From assembly GCF_964213995.1 (NCBI RefSeq), contig NC_135811.1, forward strand, positions 29,884,001-29,948,000: 64,000 bases of DNA. The letters are read 5' to 3'. The notes below the pieces were generated by a model that was not told the DNA's origin, searched no databases, and worked only from the letters and a program-made list of their open reading frames with translations. Below are positions 49,879-62,509 of the stretch, in pieces. The position numbers were made by a program, and so were the translations under genes. The stretch's first letter is position 1. Each line of letters begins with the position of its first letter. The stretch is from Mustelus asterias. Its lineage: Eukaryota.

Positions 49879-51736
49879 GTAACTATTTTTAAATGTTCCT
49901 CATCTTTTTCTTTAAGCTTAAACTTCAGACTGAAGGGATCCCAAATATAGATATTTCACAGCTGAGTTCTGAGCAATTTTATTCTTGCTTCAATATTTTC
50001 CTTCCAAACCTCTTGTCATGAGCTCCCATTTCATGAACACTGTGATTATGCTTAGGTACAGTTACATACAGCCCAGCAACCATCTGCTATTTCACCATGT
50101 TGCCACTCCTCATGTGTGCCCCTAAAGTTTGTGGCTGAGCTGACAACAATGGAGCCAATATTGTCAAAGATTTGACTCAACTGTGCAGTCAACATTTGAC
50201 AATAATGGAAGAAGATTACATTTTCCTTCATTATTCATTCTCGGGATTTGGGCGTCGATGGCTAGGCCAACATTCATTGCCCATCCGTAATTGTCCTTGA
50301 GAAGGTGGTGGTGAGTTGCCTTCTTGAACCGTTGCTGTCCATGTGGTGTAGATATATACACAGTGCTGTTAGGGAGGGGGTTTTCAGGATTTTGATGCAG
50401 CGACAGTGAACAAACGGCGATTTAGTCAGGATAGTGTGCGGATTTTGGGGGAAACATCCAGGTGGTGGAATCTCCATGTACCTGCTGCCCTTGTCCTTCT
50501 GGAATTTTAGGTTGTGGATTTGGAAGGTGCTGTCTTAGAAGGCTTGGTGAGTTCCTACAGTGCTTCTTACAGACTGTACTCACTGCTGCCACTGTGCTTC
50601 AGTGATGGAGGGATCTAATGTGTGTGGAAGGGGTGCCAATCAAGTGGGTGCTTTGTCCTGGGTGGTGTTGAGCTTCTTGAGTGTTATTGGAGCTACACTC
50701 ATCCAGGCAAGTTAACATACTACATCACACTCCTGACTTTTGCCTTGTAGACGGTAGACAGGCTTTGGGGAGTCAGGAAGTGAGTTACTCGCCACAGGAT
50801 TTCTATCCTTTGACCTGCTCTTGTAGCCACAATATTTATATGTCCAGTCCAGTTCTGTTTCTGGTCAGTGGTAACTCCAGAATGTTGACAGTGGGGGATT
50901 CAGTGATGGTACTGCCATTGAGTATTAAGGGTTGATAATCAGAATCTTTCCTCTTGTAACTAGTCATTGCCTCGCACTTTTGTAGTGTAAACGTTACTTG
51001 CCACCTTTCAGCCCAAGTCCCGTTGCATTTGGGCACGGACTGCTTCAGTATCTGAGGAATCACAGATAGTGCTGAACATTGTGCAATCATCAGTGAACAT
51101 CCCCATTCTGACCTTATGACGGTGGGAAGGTCATTGATGAAGCAGGTGAACATAGTTGGGCCTAGGACACTACCCTGAGGAACTCCTGCGCTGATGTCCC
51201 GGAGCTGAGAAGATTGACCTCTAATAACCATAACCATCATATAAAAGGTTGAAATGGTAGTAATGCTGCAAATATTAGTAAGAGAAATGATTTTAAAATA
51301 CAGAAATCTAATGGTCTGCTGCAGTAAAGTAACAAAAGGATCTAAATCTTTGAAGATTGGTCACAATGGACTGGTAGAAATGTCAATTCCTGCAGAACTG
51401 CAGTCCTTCAATATTCACATTCACATCTAAAAATCACAAAGTTCACCTTTTTATGATCAAGGGCAAAATAAATCCACACATAGATTTGGGGAATACTTTC
51501 CAAAACTTTCTGCTGAAAATCAAATTCTTTTGCAAACTCTTTTGTTAATTTCTATATATTAGAAAGTGCATAACTCCACCAAGCACTCTGCAAGTTTATT
51601 GAGTTAACAGCTGGATCATACAAACAGGACAACCCGCGATTTTATTGACAATTAGGTTATCCTGGTCTTAGCCAAGATAACAGTAGGGTTGCTATTGGCC
51701 TCAGTACCCAGATAAGCTAGTAAAGTCAAACAAAAA

Positions 51737-53132
51737 CAGTGGAAGGATGCATTTCTGAATGGAGGGCTGTGACAAGTGATGTTCCTCAGGGATCAGTGCT
51801 GGGACCTTTGCTGTTTGTAATATATATAAATGATTTGGAAGAAAATGTAATTGGTTTGATTAGTAAGTTTGCGGACGACACAAAAGTTGGTGGATTTGCG
51901 GATAGCGATGAGGACCGTCAGAGGATACAACAGGATATAGAATGGTTGGAGACTTGGGGGGAGAGATGGCAGATGGAGTTTAATCCAGACAACGGCGGCA
52001 CGGTGGCACAGTAGTTAGGACCGCTGCCTCACAGCTCCAGGCACCTGGGTTCGAATCCCGGCTTGGGTCACTGTCTGTGTGGAGTTTGCACGTTCTCCCC
52101 ATGTTTGCATGGATTTCCTCCGGGTCCTCCGGTTTCCTCCCACAGTCCAAAGAAGTGCGGGTTAGGTTGATTGGCCATGTTAAATTACTGCTTAGTGTCG
52201 TGGGATGCGTAGGTTAGAGGGATTAGCAGGGTAAATATGTGGAGTTACGGGGAAAGGGCCTGGGTGGGATTGTTGTCTGTGCAGACTCGATGCGCCGAGT
52301 GGCCTCCTTCTGCACTGTACGATTCTATGATTCTATGAAATGTGAGGTGATGTATTTTGGAAGGTCTAATACAAATGGAAAATATACAGTAAATGGCAGA
52401 ACCCTTAAGAGTATTCATAAGCTGAAGGATCAGAGTGCGCAAGTACACAGGTCACTGAAAGTGGTAACGCACATGGAGAAGGATGTCAAGAAGGCATACA
52501 GCATGCTTGCCTTCATTGGCCGGGGCATTGAGTTTAAAAATTGGCAAGTCATGTTGCAGCTTTATAGAACCTTAGGCCGCACTTGGAATATAGTGATCAA
52601 TTCTGGTTGCCACACTGCCAGAATGATGTGGAGGCTTTGGAGAGGGTACAGAAACGATTTACCAGGTTGTTGCCTGGCATGGAGCGCATTAGCTATGAGG
52701 AGAAGTTGGAGAAACTTGGTTTGTTCTCACTGGGACGATGGAGGTTGAGGAGCAACCTGATGGAAGTCTACAAGTTTATGAGGGACATGGACAGAGTGGA
52801 TAGTCAGAAGCATTTTCCCAGGGTGGAAGAGTCAATTACTAGGGGGCATTGATTTAAGGTGCGAGGGGCAAGGTTTAAAGGAGATGTACGAGGCAAGTTT
52901 TTTTACACAGAGGGTAGTGGGTGCCTGGAACTCGCTGCCGGGGAGGTAGTGGAAGCAGATACAGCAGTGACTTTCAAGGGGCGTCTTGACAAATACATGA
53001 ATAGGATGGGAATGGAGGGATCTGGTCCCAGGAAGGGTAGGGGGTTTTAGTTCAGTCGGGCAGCATGGTCGGTGCAGGCTTGGAGGTCCGAAGGACCGGT
53101 TCCTGTGCTGTAATTTTCTTTGTTCTTTGTTC
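51737..53132 (+). mobile_element. CR1 LINE 3' portion with nested HE1-like SINE (paralog of 22456-23942)
   Basis: Same RT motifs and same insertion site. Confidence 0.9.
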
Positions 53133-53531
53133 TAAGACATCCTCTCAGCCTTTCCATGTACTGTCATTGGTAGTCAGTGTGTACGGACATCCGATGAAAT
53201 TAGAATCAGGCTCCTCTGTGATGGCCCACGAGCTGAGCTGTGAGCACTCACTGTCAAGGCAATCAGTAATGCCAAAAAACATGGCGATTGGTGACTGGTA
53301 GCTGTGGAACATTATAGCAACAATGAGTGAATGGATGTAAGGGAAATTCTGAGAAAAGGAAGATTATCCATGCTTACAATGGAAGGTGAAGCAGGCACGA
53401 GTGTCTATATGGTCACTCTTGCTTAGATTTCTTATGTTCAGGAAAATTGGCAAAGAATAAAAAAACAAATCGATTGTTATTTTCCAATACATTGTATCAC
53501 GTGAACTTATCCATTTCCTTACTGTTAATAG

Positions 53532-53679
53532 TTGAATCATGCGGAGGGTACCTTGACTCTGTCTATGGGTCTGTTCTCAGTCCCAATTATCCACACTACT
53601 ATCCAAATTATGCACAATGCATGTGGTTTATAAGAGCGGACAGAAACCAAAGAATCAAGCTGGAATTCAGTGACATCGA
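53532..53679 (+). CDS. CUB2 N-half exon (VESCGGYLDSVYGSVLSPNYPHYYPNYAQCMWFIR…KLEFSDIE)
   Basis: CUB signature, 148 nt, phase 1-2. Confidence 0.93.
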
Positions 53680-55886
53680 GTGAGTAAAAATATTTCCACT
53701 TTCATGTTTTATTGTGAAGGATGACGGGATTATTGATCATTGCTATTGGATTCACTTCACTTAACATCAATACTCTTGGGAGACTTGGGAGTAATGTGAT
53801 GTTGAATGTCAGAAATTTTAGGCCTCATACTTAAACTGAAATGTACCCTTCAGGAAACAGGCATTCTTCATTTTGTCAACAATGTTATAGAAAGCCGTTA
53901 GGTTGTGCAGTGAAATAAAACCCATCAGATCAGAGATCTTTCTCTGTCTGGCTGACACTCCTTTGAATAGAAATCAAGGCTCTGATTCTCCCATCGCGAC
54001 CCGCAACTTTTCTGGCAGCTCGCAGTGGGAGATGCGCGTCGCCAGCCTTGTTCCGGGATTTGCGCATACGCGGGAATGCATGTGCATCTCCCAGAGCCGG
54101 TGAACAGTCGCCGGTCAGACCATACTGGAAACCGGTGGGAAGGCAGGTAATTAATTTAAATCTTTTAAAAATGTATTTCAAATATGGTTATTAGTTCATT
54201 ATTGGGAACTTACCGGTCCTGGTGGAACTTCCCACCCCGCCAGGAGTACTTCATTCCGGCGGGGTTCAGACTAGCTCTCCACGTTTGGGGAACTAGTGGG
54301 AGACCACACCGGAATTACCACACCCATGCCCAGGGGGCACCTTGGCACTGCCCATTGGGCATTGGGCAGTGCCAAGTGGGTGGGGCCTATTATGGGGAGG
54401 GCCTAGGGGCAATCGGTGGGGTTGGGGGGTCCCGCTGGCACTCTGCAGACAGGATTGGTCTGGGATGGAGGGAGGGCAGCGATTGGGGCGGGCTGGGGGG
54501 GTGGTCTATTGGAGTGGGGGCCCCTGAACCTGGGGGGGATCAGTGCGGAGGGGTCTGCTGGGGTGAGGGGGGTGGGGGTATCGCCACTGCTGGGGGGTTT
54601 GGGTTGTACATTGTGGTGCTCCGGGATGGGGGGGGGGGGGTCAGGGCTGGCCTGGGAATTGCTGTGGGGGCTGCGATCAGTCCTTGGGGGGTGCTGGAGG
54701 GGCAGCACTGCAGGGACCAATCGAGCTGGCCAGCAAACGGGGTGTCCAACAGATTGGAGCCACTGCTCATGCGCAGAATTCCAGAACTGTCAGACTCCGG
54801 CGCGAATAGGCCCCGCTCCCCCTGGGTTTTTAATAATATTCACGACTGGGACCTCTGCAGTGCACAAAGTGGGGATGTTCAGATGAGAAGCTGAACTGAC
54901 AAAACAGTCAGGATCTAGAACAGTTCTCCCGCCAATTCAGTGCTTTTGGGAGAATCGCGGCTCAACTTTCTCCTGTTAGAAAATTTACTCATGATCAGGA
55001 ACCAGTGTAAGACAGTGTGATTAATTCATTCTTATGTGCTTTGCGCGAAGGATGTTCAATGGAGCTATCTCGAAGAAGTGAAGGGGAGTTATCCCTGGTG
55101 CCCCAGTCAATCCCGCAATCAACATTACATAAACAGATTATTTGGTCATTATCATATTTCTGTTTGTAGAAATTTGCTTTTGCAACATGACTGCCACTCT
55201 TCTTACATTGCAATCATGGCTAGACTTCCAAAGTATCTCATTGGTTGTAAAATGCTTTAAGACACCGAGTGGTTATGAATGGTGCTGTCTAAATTCAGAT
55301 CATATTTATACATGTCTAGTGGGGAGATGGTGTTGTAGTAATAATGTCACCAGACTAGTAATCCAGAGGCCAAGGGTAATTTTCGGGCATCATATGCACA
55401 AATACCACCATAGCAACTAGTGTCATTTAAATTCAATACATCATTTTGGAATTTAAAACCAGTCTTAGTAATGATGTCCATGAAACTATTGCCAATTTTT
55501 ATTAAACATTCATTAATTCTGGTTCACTAATGTCCAATACAAAGGGAAATCTGCCATCCTTTCCTGGTCTGGCTTACATGTGAGTCCAGACCCATAGAAA
55601 TGTTGGTTGACTGTTAACTGCCCCCTGAAGTGGCTTAACAAGTTACTCAGTTCAAGGGCAAATAGGAATGGGCAACAAATGCTGGCCTTGCCAGAAAAGC
55701 ACACATCTAAAGGAAGAATAAAAACTATAATCAATGTTCTTTGTTTAGGTCCTGCAATGTCTTTTAGTGATGCTTAAACATGCAGACATATTTATAATAT
55801 CTGATTTATTAGGTAAGTTGATTTTTAAAAAAAGACAATGGATTGTTGCTGCATTAATTTTGAAACTATGATAATTGTTTCAACAG

Positions 55887-56095
55887 GCTGGAAACTTCAT
55901 CGAGTTGCTCATTTGATTATATTGCAATCTATGATGGGCCATCAACACATTCAGCTTTGCTTTCTAAATTCTGTTATGGATCAGATCAGATATTTGTATC
56001 ATCATCGAACAGTATGACAATTTATTTTAGAACTGATGGCAGTGTTACTCGACGTGGGTTTGCTGCAAACTACTATGTTCTGCCGAATGATGACG
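55887..56095 (+). CDS. CUB2 C-half exon (LETSSSCSFDYIAIYDGPS…FRTDGSVTRRGFAANY)
   Basis: 209 nt, phase 2-1. Confidence 0.93.
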
Positions 56096-57848
56096 GTGAG
56101 ATTGGTTACACTTCTTGTCTCAGAATTGCAATGCACTTTCAGCTAGAAGAAATGTAGGGAAATTGAAGCTTGGTATATTTTGCACATTTAAAGTTCAGTT
56201 CAAAAATCTTTATCTGTATATCCATTAGAAATGGAGCCAAAATGTAGATTTCCAATTTACCACCCATGTGCAATGCTGCTCTTGCAGTCAGAAAACCATT
56301 ATAGAATCTGACTGATATGTATTTCCATTGATTTCAATCGCAACAGGAGTTTATACAATGGCGACAAGTTGAAAATCTATCCCACCTTTTCAAAGTAGCT
56401 GTATCATTGTTTGTCTTTTTACGTGAACCCTATTCGCATAAAACATGTCACAGTTAATCCAACCAACACTCCTCTTGCTGTGAGAGGAAAGACACTTGTA
56501 TTTATATTACCTGGGACTGAAATTCTGAACTTTGGTAACGTTAGTGAAAAATTAACACAGTACTAAAATATACTTGTTGCTAAAATTTGCAATTAAAAGA
56601 ATTTCAGTTCATATATTTCAGTTTTTGTTAATACAAATTCAGTTGAAAATATAACATGAATAAATTCTGTATGGAAAAATTCATGGGCAATACAATGACT
56701 GGTGATAGAGTTTTGAAATGATACAACATCATCCTCCAGCAGTCATTTTATTTTTTAAAGAAAGAAAAACTCCTCCTCCATGTGAAGGTTGTTTCATTCC
56801 AAGGAAAACCATCTCAGAGTTGGAAACAGTGGTAGAACACAGGTCTCAATAACTTGAGGTCCAATCATGTATTGACAAATGGTACTGATGATTGACCAAG
56901 AATGTTCCGATCCCTACAGAGACCCATAACTTTTAAACAGAGATTTGAATTCCCAGTGACGATTCAAAGGATTGCACAAGTTTTTACATTTCTAGTTTTT
57001 GACTGAAACAAACAAACTAAAATCAATTCTGACTGAACATTACTTAGTAGGCAATTAAGAAACTAAAGAAAAGGTTACACTGTGTAAAACACCACATTGC
57101 ATTTTTCCCTCACACTACGCTCTTTGCAATCTTTACAGGAAACACTCCAAACTTACTCCCAGCTTCCAACAAATTTGTTTCTTTTTCCCCATTTTGCTGA
57201 GTTGTTACATCCAGTGTCAGCCAAAAATTGTTTCCTTCAGTTTTCTGAGAATCCATAAAAAGATTTCCAGCAGCAATGCGCAGTCTGGTGACTCCTTCTC
57301 CTGGCCACACCAAGACAAATCATCCAGCGTCCTTAAATCTTCATAGGTCCTCTCTCGATAACCAATGAATGTGCTCCCACCTGTCCAGTAGCTAACAGCC
57401 TTCTTTTCTACTGTTCACATTGGCTGCTGTTTCCATGTCTCTTTCTCTCTCTCTGGGATTCTCACTCTATCTCTCTGTCGAGGATGTCTAAGTCAGTAAT
57501 TCCGAAAACTTATATGTCTATCCATAGCAAAGTCAGCTGCTCTTTTATTTTGTGTTCAGCTGTTAAATCTGGCACTTGGGTATCAATATTTCTGGATCTG
57601 GGCCTCCCCATCCCCCTGGCAATCAGGTCAAATAGGCTTATCATTAGGTAAGACTAGTAGTTCATTTTCATTTCTCCATTTTACCTTGAATTAAAGAGAC
57701 AGTTTCATACATAGTAATATTATAAACAAATAACAGGTGAAATTAGTAACACGAAACATTTTAGTACTGGTGCCAATACAGATAATCATTCTCTAAAACA
57801 AGTTCATTTCTGATGTATAGAATTCATTCAACTTTGATTTTTTTCCAG

Positions 57849-58024
57849 GTTTTTTAATCTGCTCGACAGATTATATGGAAGCAAAAATTAGTAGGTCCTA
57901 CCTCCACCTTCTGGGTTTTAATGAACACAGTCTTTATCTGAATGATCAAAACTGCTCGCCGATAATAACAACTCATGACGTGGTGTTCAAAATACCACTT
58001 AATATGTGTGGTACAGAACGGCAG
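57849..58024 (+). CDS. ZP-N exon (GFLICSTDYMEAKISRSYL…LNDQNCSP…FKIPLNMCGTERQ)
   Basis: C…M...I, L.D..C and PL..CGT ZP-N motifs; ttccag|...CAG|gtaagg. Confidence 0.93.
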
Positions 58025-58702
58025 GTAAGGAAACAGGAGTGGGAGGATTGATCCCACAAAATACAAACCATTATTCTTCCATTCCCCATGATGATAAAGT
58101 TGTAGAAATGTTCAAGCTCAACCCTCTTACCCTTTCAACTGCTACACTATTGCCCTTGCAAAAATACTGCATAAAGATATGGTGCTCAAATTATGTACCA
58201 CCTTTGATTTTGACATAGCCATTCTGCACCCAAATACTATAATGAATTGTTAGCCATTGTGTTGTTGTTGTCAAAACCTCTGATATGGTTTGGTATAATG
58301 CGCTTCCAAACTATGGCCTCTGACCTATCTTTGTTACCACTTCCTCCATCAATTTACTTTTTTGCAGTTGAAAGCTCATTCTTTGACTTGCTTTCCATTT
58401 TTCCCATCTTCTCACGGACTGCCCTCACCTCCTCTATTCCTTACCTCTATCAGTGAGCTTGTGAACCTTTTTGCTTTTGATTCCACCCTACATTTTTCTA
58501 GACCACATGCCATCACTTCACCACTTTCACAATGTACGGTGGTATCCTTCATGTCTTTCTTATTCATGAAATGAAAGTCAATTCTTCACTTATAGGGCTA
58601 ATTGACAGCTCTAGCCTCTTATCTTTGATGGTTCTACCATTAGTCCTTTCTCATGGATTGATGTTCCTAGCCTCAGGATCTCAAATTCTTTTCACCCCAT
58701 TC

Positions 58703-59040
58703 ATAGAATCCCTACAGTACAGAAAGAGGCCATTCGGCCCATCGAGTCTGCACCGACCACAATCCCACCCAGGCCCTACCCCCATATCCCCACATATTCT
58801 ACCCACTAATCCCTCTAACCTATGCATCTCAGAAGACTAAGGGGCAATTTTTAGCATGGCCAATCAACCTAACCCGCACATCTTTGGACTGCGGGAGGAA
58901 ACCAGAGCACCCGGAGGAAACCCACGCAGACACGAGGAGAATGTGCAAACTCCACACAGACAGTGACCCAAGCCAGGAATCGAACCCAGGTCCCTGGAGC
59001 TGTGAAGCAACAGTGCTAACCATTGTGCTACCGTGCCGCC
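58703..59040 (-). mobile_element. HE1-like SINE
   Basis: Full head, core and CR1-derived tail on the minus strand. Confidence 0.88.
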
Positions 59041-59340
59041 CATCGCAAATGTCACCTCCTAGAAGAGGGGTTTTTTTTTGCTTTCACGCTGAACAGTTTA
59101 TTTTTCAACTTTCTGGAAGGAAATATTTCCCAAGGCTTGAATTCTGCCTTCTATATAAGGTTAATCTTCCTCCACCACCATTCCCCAGGATTTTTGTGCT
59201 GGGGCTAATTTTATTTTGGATAATAAACTACAATTTGTCATATTTTAAACTTCAAAAATATGAATTTGTGCAGTGAAGTCTACCATCTGCCATCCAGCTT
59301 CTGAAAGATTTCAATTCTAATGTGCATTCTCTGCTCACAG

Positions 59341-59741
59341 GACAACAATGGCAGCATCATATATTCCAACGCCATCCGGTCTTCACCTTCTAACTCAGTT
59401 ATAACTCGGGAAACAAATTTACAGTTCAACATTGGCTGTGAGATGCAGCAGGATACCATGTTTAAAATAATGTATGTGACAAATGAAAGCTTGACAGCTG
59501 ACATAGTAGAAAACGTGACAGCATCTGGCACCTTTAATATCAGCATGGCATTCTATGACTCGCCATCGTTCACCAGGCCAGTGCTGGATTCACCTTACTA
59601 TGTGGATCTGAGGCAGGACCTGTTCCTACAAGTGAACTTGCACAGTTCAGACATGCATCTCGTGGTTTTTGTGGACACCTGCACAGCGTCACCTTATAGT
59701 TATGACTGGACATCAAGGACCTATGATCTAATAAAGAATGG
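59341..59741 (+). CDS. ZP-N/ZP-C exon (IYSNAI…GCEMQ…PYYVDLRQDLFLQV…VFVDTCTASP…YDLIKNG)
   Basis: CUZD1/DMBT1-type ZP motifs; cacag|...GG|gtaaga, phase 0-2. Confidence 0.95.
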
Positions 59742-59836
59742 GTAAGAAATGTTAACCTTTCATCAAAATGTTCCTGATTGAGATATATTGACATTTATTC
59801 AGAATATCTTAAATCCAAACTGCAACAGTCACTGCG

Positions 59837-59895
59837 ATCTTCTGTATGTGTATCTTCTGTATGTGTATCTTCTGTATGTGTATCTTCTGTATGTG
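59837..59895. repeat. 15-bp minisatellite (ATCTTCTGTATGTGT) x4
   Basis: Direct reading. Confidence 0.9.
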
Positions 59896-60594
59896 GTAGT
59901 ATGTCATAAAAAGGGTTTAAAAGCTTCAAATGGAATCTTTCTCAACTAGCACTAGAACTTGAGTTTTGAGCAAGCTTTTTTATGAGCTATTGGTGTGTTA
60001 TGAGAATTATATGTTTTAAAATGCATTCTATTTTCCCTTCATTACTTCAACAACTAACATTTATGAATGTGACTCATGAATTATAAGCCATGAAATGTGT
60101 ACGCAAGCTTAAAATAATTCTAAGCATAACTCTTAGCTGTCTTTTGAAGTATTCCAGCAAGCTATCCGGTTTCTAGTGATAGACAATAGATTTTGGGGTT
60201 GGGTCAATGGGCATGGAAGTACCAGAGCTTGGCATGGGTGGGCATGAAGGGACACAAGCGATGGGTTGAAGGACAGAGTCTGGCATAGGATGCATGAGTG
60301 GCCTGAAGGAGTGGATTGGGCATAACTTGGTACAGGGGCATGAGGAGGACCATTTGAATTTATCTTTTAAAAGGCCCTCTCATTAGGATTTATGACTCCA
60401 CTAAGAGGACATGAACCACAATTCTTGAAAAACCTGCCCAACACCATGAAAATTGCAGAGGAGGAGGTGATGCACATCTCCACAATGGAATTAGTTATGC
60501 CTGGATTGCAAGGTGTGGGCTTCTAACAGGAAGCACCTACACCCTATAAAGGTACCCTCAAGAATTGCACAGCCTGGGAATGGGGTCAGGAGTC

Positions 60595-60958
60595 ATGGAA
60601 TCCCTACAGTGCAGAAGGAGGCCATTCGGCCCATCGAGTCCGTTCCAACTCTCTGACAGAGTGTCTTACCCAGGCCCTCTCCCCCACGCTATCTTATCCC
60701 CGTAACTCCTCACATTTACCATGGTGAATCCATCTAATATGCACAACTTTGGACAAAAAGGGGCAATTTAGCATGGCCAATCCACCTAAGCTGCACATCT
60801 TCAGACTGTGGAAAGAAACTGGAACACGTGGAGGAAACCCACACAGACACGGGGAGAATGTGCAAACTCCATTCTGACAGTCACCAAAGGTGGAATTGAA
60901 CCCAGGTCCTTGGAGCTGTGAGGCAGCAGTGCTAACCACTGTACTACTGTGCTGCCAT
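60595..60958 (-). mobile_element. HE1-like SINE
   Basis: Same family as 58703-59040. Confidence 0.82.
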
Positions 60959-61252
60959 CCCGGAATCAGATACTGTCAACCATTTTTAACGGGCTCCCAA
61001 GTCTAACTGACTCAGTAGAAATCCAGGACTGAGAGTAGGACTCTGAGCAGCAATATGACCAACTACTTTTGTGTCGAGCTGTTACAAACTACACCTGACT
61101 TGGAATAAGTTCCAGTTTGAGTTTCTGTCTTCATAACTGGCAGGTTACATGGGCTTGTCTCCAGGCAGGTTCAGTATGAAGTCACATCCCCTTCTCCAAA
61201 CTATTCAATTTTACCTTGAATTAAAGGAGACAGTTTAAAACATAACAGTCTC

Positions 61253-61368
61253 GTCAAGTCCAGCATTCGGAACAGCTATAATATAGCAACATTGCTATAT
61301 TACAGCTGTTCCGAATGCTGGACTTGACATGTAAAGGCATAGTACATAAATGTACTATGCATTTACAT
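61253..61368. repeat. Two abutting near-perfect inverted repeats (37-bp and 19-bp arms)
   Basis: 61253-61289/61292-61328 and 61329-61347/61350-61368, one mismatch each, 2-nt spacers. Confidence 0.9.
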
Positions 61369-61436
61369 TTTCATTGAAACTCTAGTTTGAACTAAGATTG
61401 TATGCTCCAGAATTAATACTGAAATTTATTTTACAG

Positions 61437-61708
61437 GTGCGTTAGGGATGGGACATACGAGTCATATTCTTCGCCAGCGAATGACATTGCACGATTTAAG
61501 TTCAATGCTTTTAAATTCCTCAACCTTAATCCTTCAGTCTATCTGCAGTGTAAACTTGTGGTCTGTAAAGCTTATGATTATTCTTCTCGCTGTTACCGTG
61601 GGTGCTTATCTCGACATAAAAGAGCCATAACCTCTTCAAAAGGAAGCACTGATGTTCTCATCGGACCCATTGAACTGAAAAATGATCTAAAAGATCATGA
61701 AAGTAGAG
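61437..61708 (+). CDS. ZP-C exon with furin site RHKR and EHP (DVLIGPIEL)
   Basis: GCVRDGTY, ARFKFNAFKF, VYLQCKLVVCKAYDYSSRCYRGC; phase 2-1. Confidence 0.95.
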
Positions 61709-61858
61709 GTGAGCCAATCGTATTACTTACTGATTACATCACCAAAAAGCATGGTTAAATCAGAAACTTGAATATCAAAGTACACTAAAATTTTGTAGCT
61801 CCCACTATTGGTTATATTTATTTTTCAAAAGTAAGAAATTGTTTTGAATGTTTTTCAG

Positions 61859-61902
61859 GACTTGAGAAAAAAGTGGACGGAGCTGATGAGACAACTATCT
61901 AA
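61859..61902 (+). CDS. Last coding exon as sequenced (GLEKKVDGADETTI*)
   Basis: tttttcag| acceptor; in-frame TAA at 61900-61902. Confidence 0.7.
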
Positions 61903-62078
61903 TCCAGCTTTCCATTCTGTCGTTGTTGGTTCTGGTTGCGGTTAGTTCAGTTTTGGTTGCCATGATGTTAAAACTATACAGGAGCCAACAAAGGGACTGT
62001 TCTTGTGAGCAGCTTCGAGGCAATTTTTCCAAGTGTCGCCGCTCACCAAATGGAATAGTCCATGGAGTTCTGCTCTGA
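61890..62078 (+). pseudogene. Out-of-frame transmembrane helix and cytoplasmic tail
   Basis: The -1 frame reads DNYLIQLSILSLLVLVAVSSVLVAMMLKLYRSQQRDC…HGVLL*. Confidence 0.7.
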
Positions 62079-62357
62079 AGTGATCCTGTCAACCAATAAT
62101 CCAGAGGATTAAATTGAACACTGTTTACCATTCCACATCACTTACTGCATAGACAAAATTCAAGAGGTGATCAAAATTAATTTAAAGATTATGTGAAGCA
62201 GCTAATTTAGCTGCTGACGTCAAGTGGAAATAAATGGGAATACATTATCTACTGTATCTGTAATCGCTAATTGGATTACAACAATGGTTGAATCAATTGT
62301 TTCCGCTTTCATCAAATCTGCTACAAAAATCTTGTTATCTACAATTAATAGAAATGC

Positions 62358-62363
62358 AATAAA
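62358..62363 (+). promoter_or_regulatory. Polyadenylation signal AATAAA (second candidate at 62229-62234)
   Basis: Downstream of the last exon, followed by U/GU-rich sequence. Confidence 0.55.
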
Positions 62364-62509
62364 GTATTTTCTTCTGCATATCATTGTGGTACTTTATTAG
62401 AATGTTCCAAGAAGACAACTACCATGTATCAAGACGCTTCTTCCATCGGGTAGTGCTTTAATCTATTGGACCTCACTACCTCCCTCTGTCAGGCTGGAGA
62501 TGAGGGAAA

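Larger units (their letters stand above)
46110..56720 (+). repeat. Intragenic segmental duplication, copy 2
   Basis: Collinear with about 17340-27903. Confidence 0.92.
6887..61902 (+). other. Gene span: CUZD1/DMBT1-like secreted SMB(x7)-CUB(x2)-ZP protein, 34 exons, about 986 aa if all exons are included
   Basis: The exons below join with canonical AG/GT sites and compatible phases into a 2961-nt stop-free frame from signal peptide to ZP-C. Confidence 0.85.

Noticed and set aside
61866-61873. GAAAAAAG slippery-like run as a programmed -1 frameshift into the TM frame
   Set aside because: The -1 frame hits TGA at 61884 and 61887 before the TM segment.
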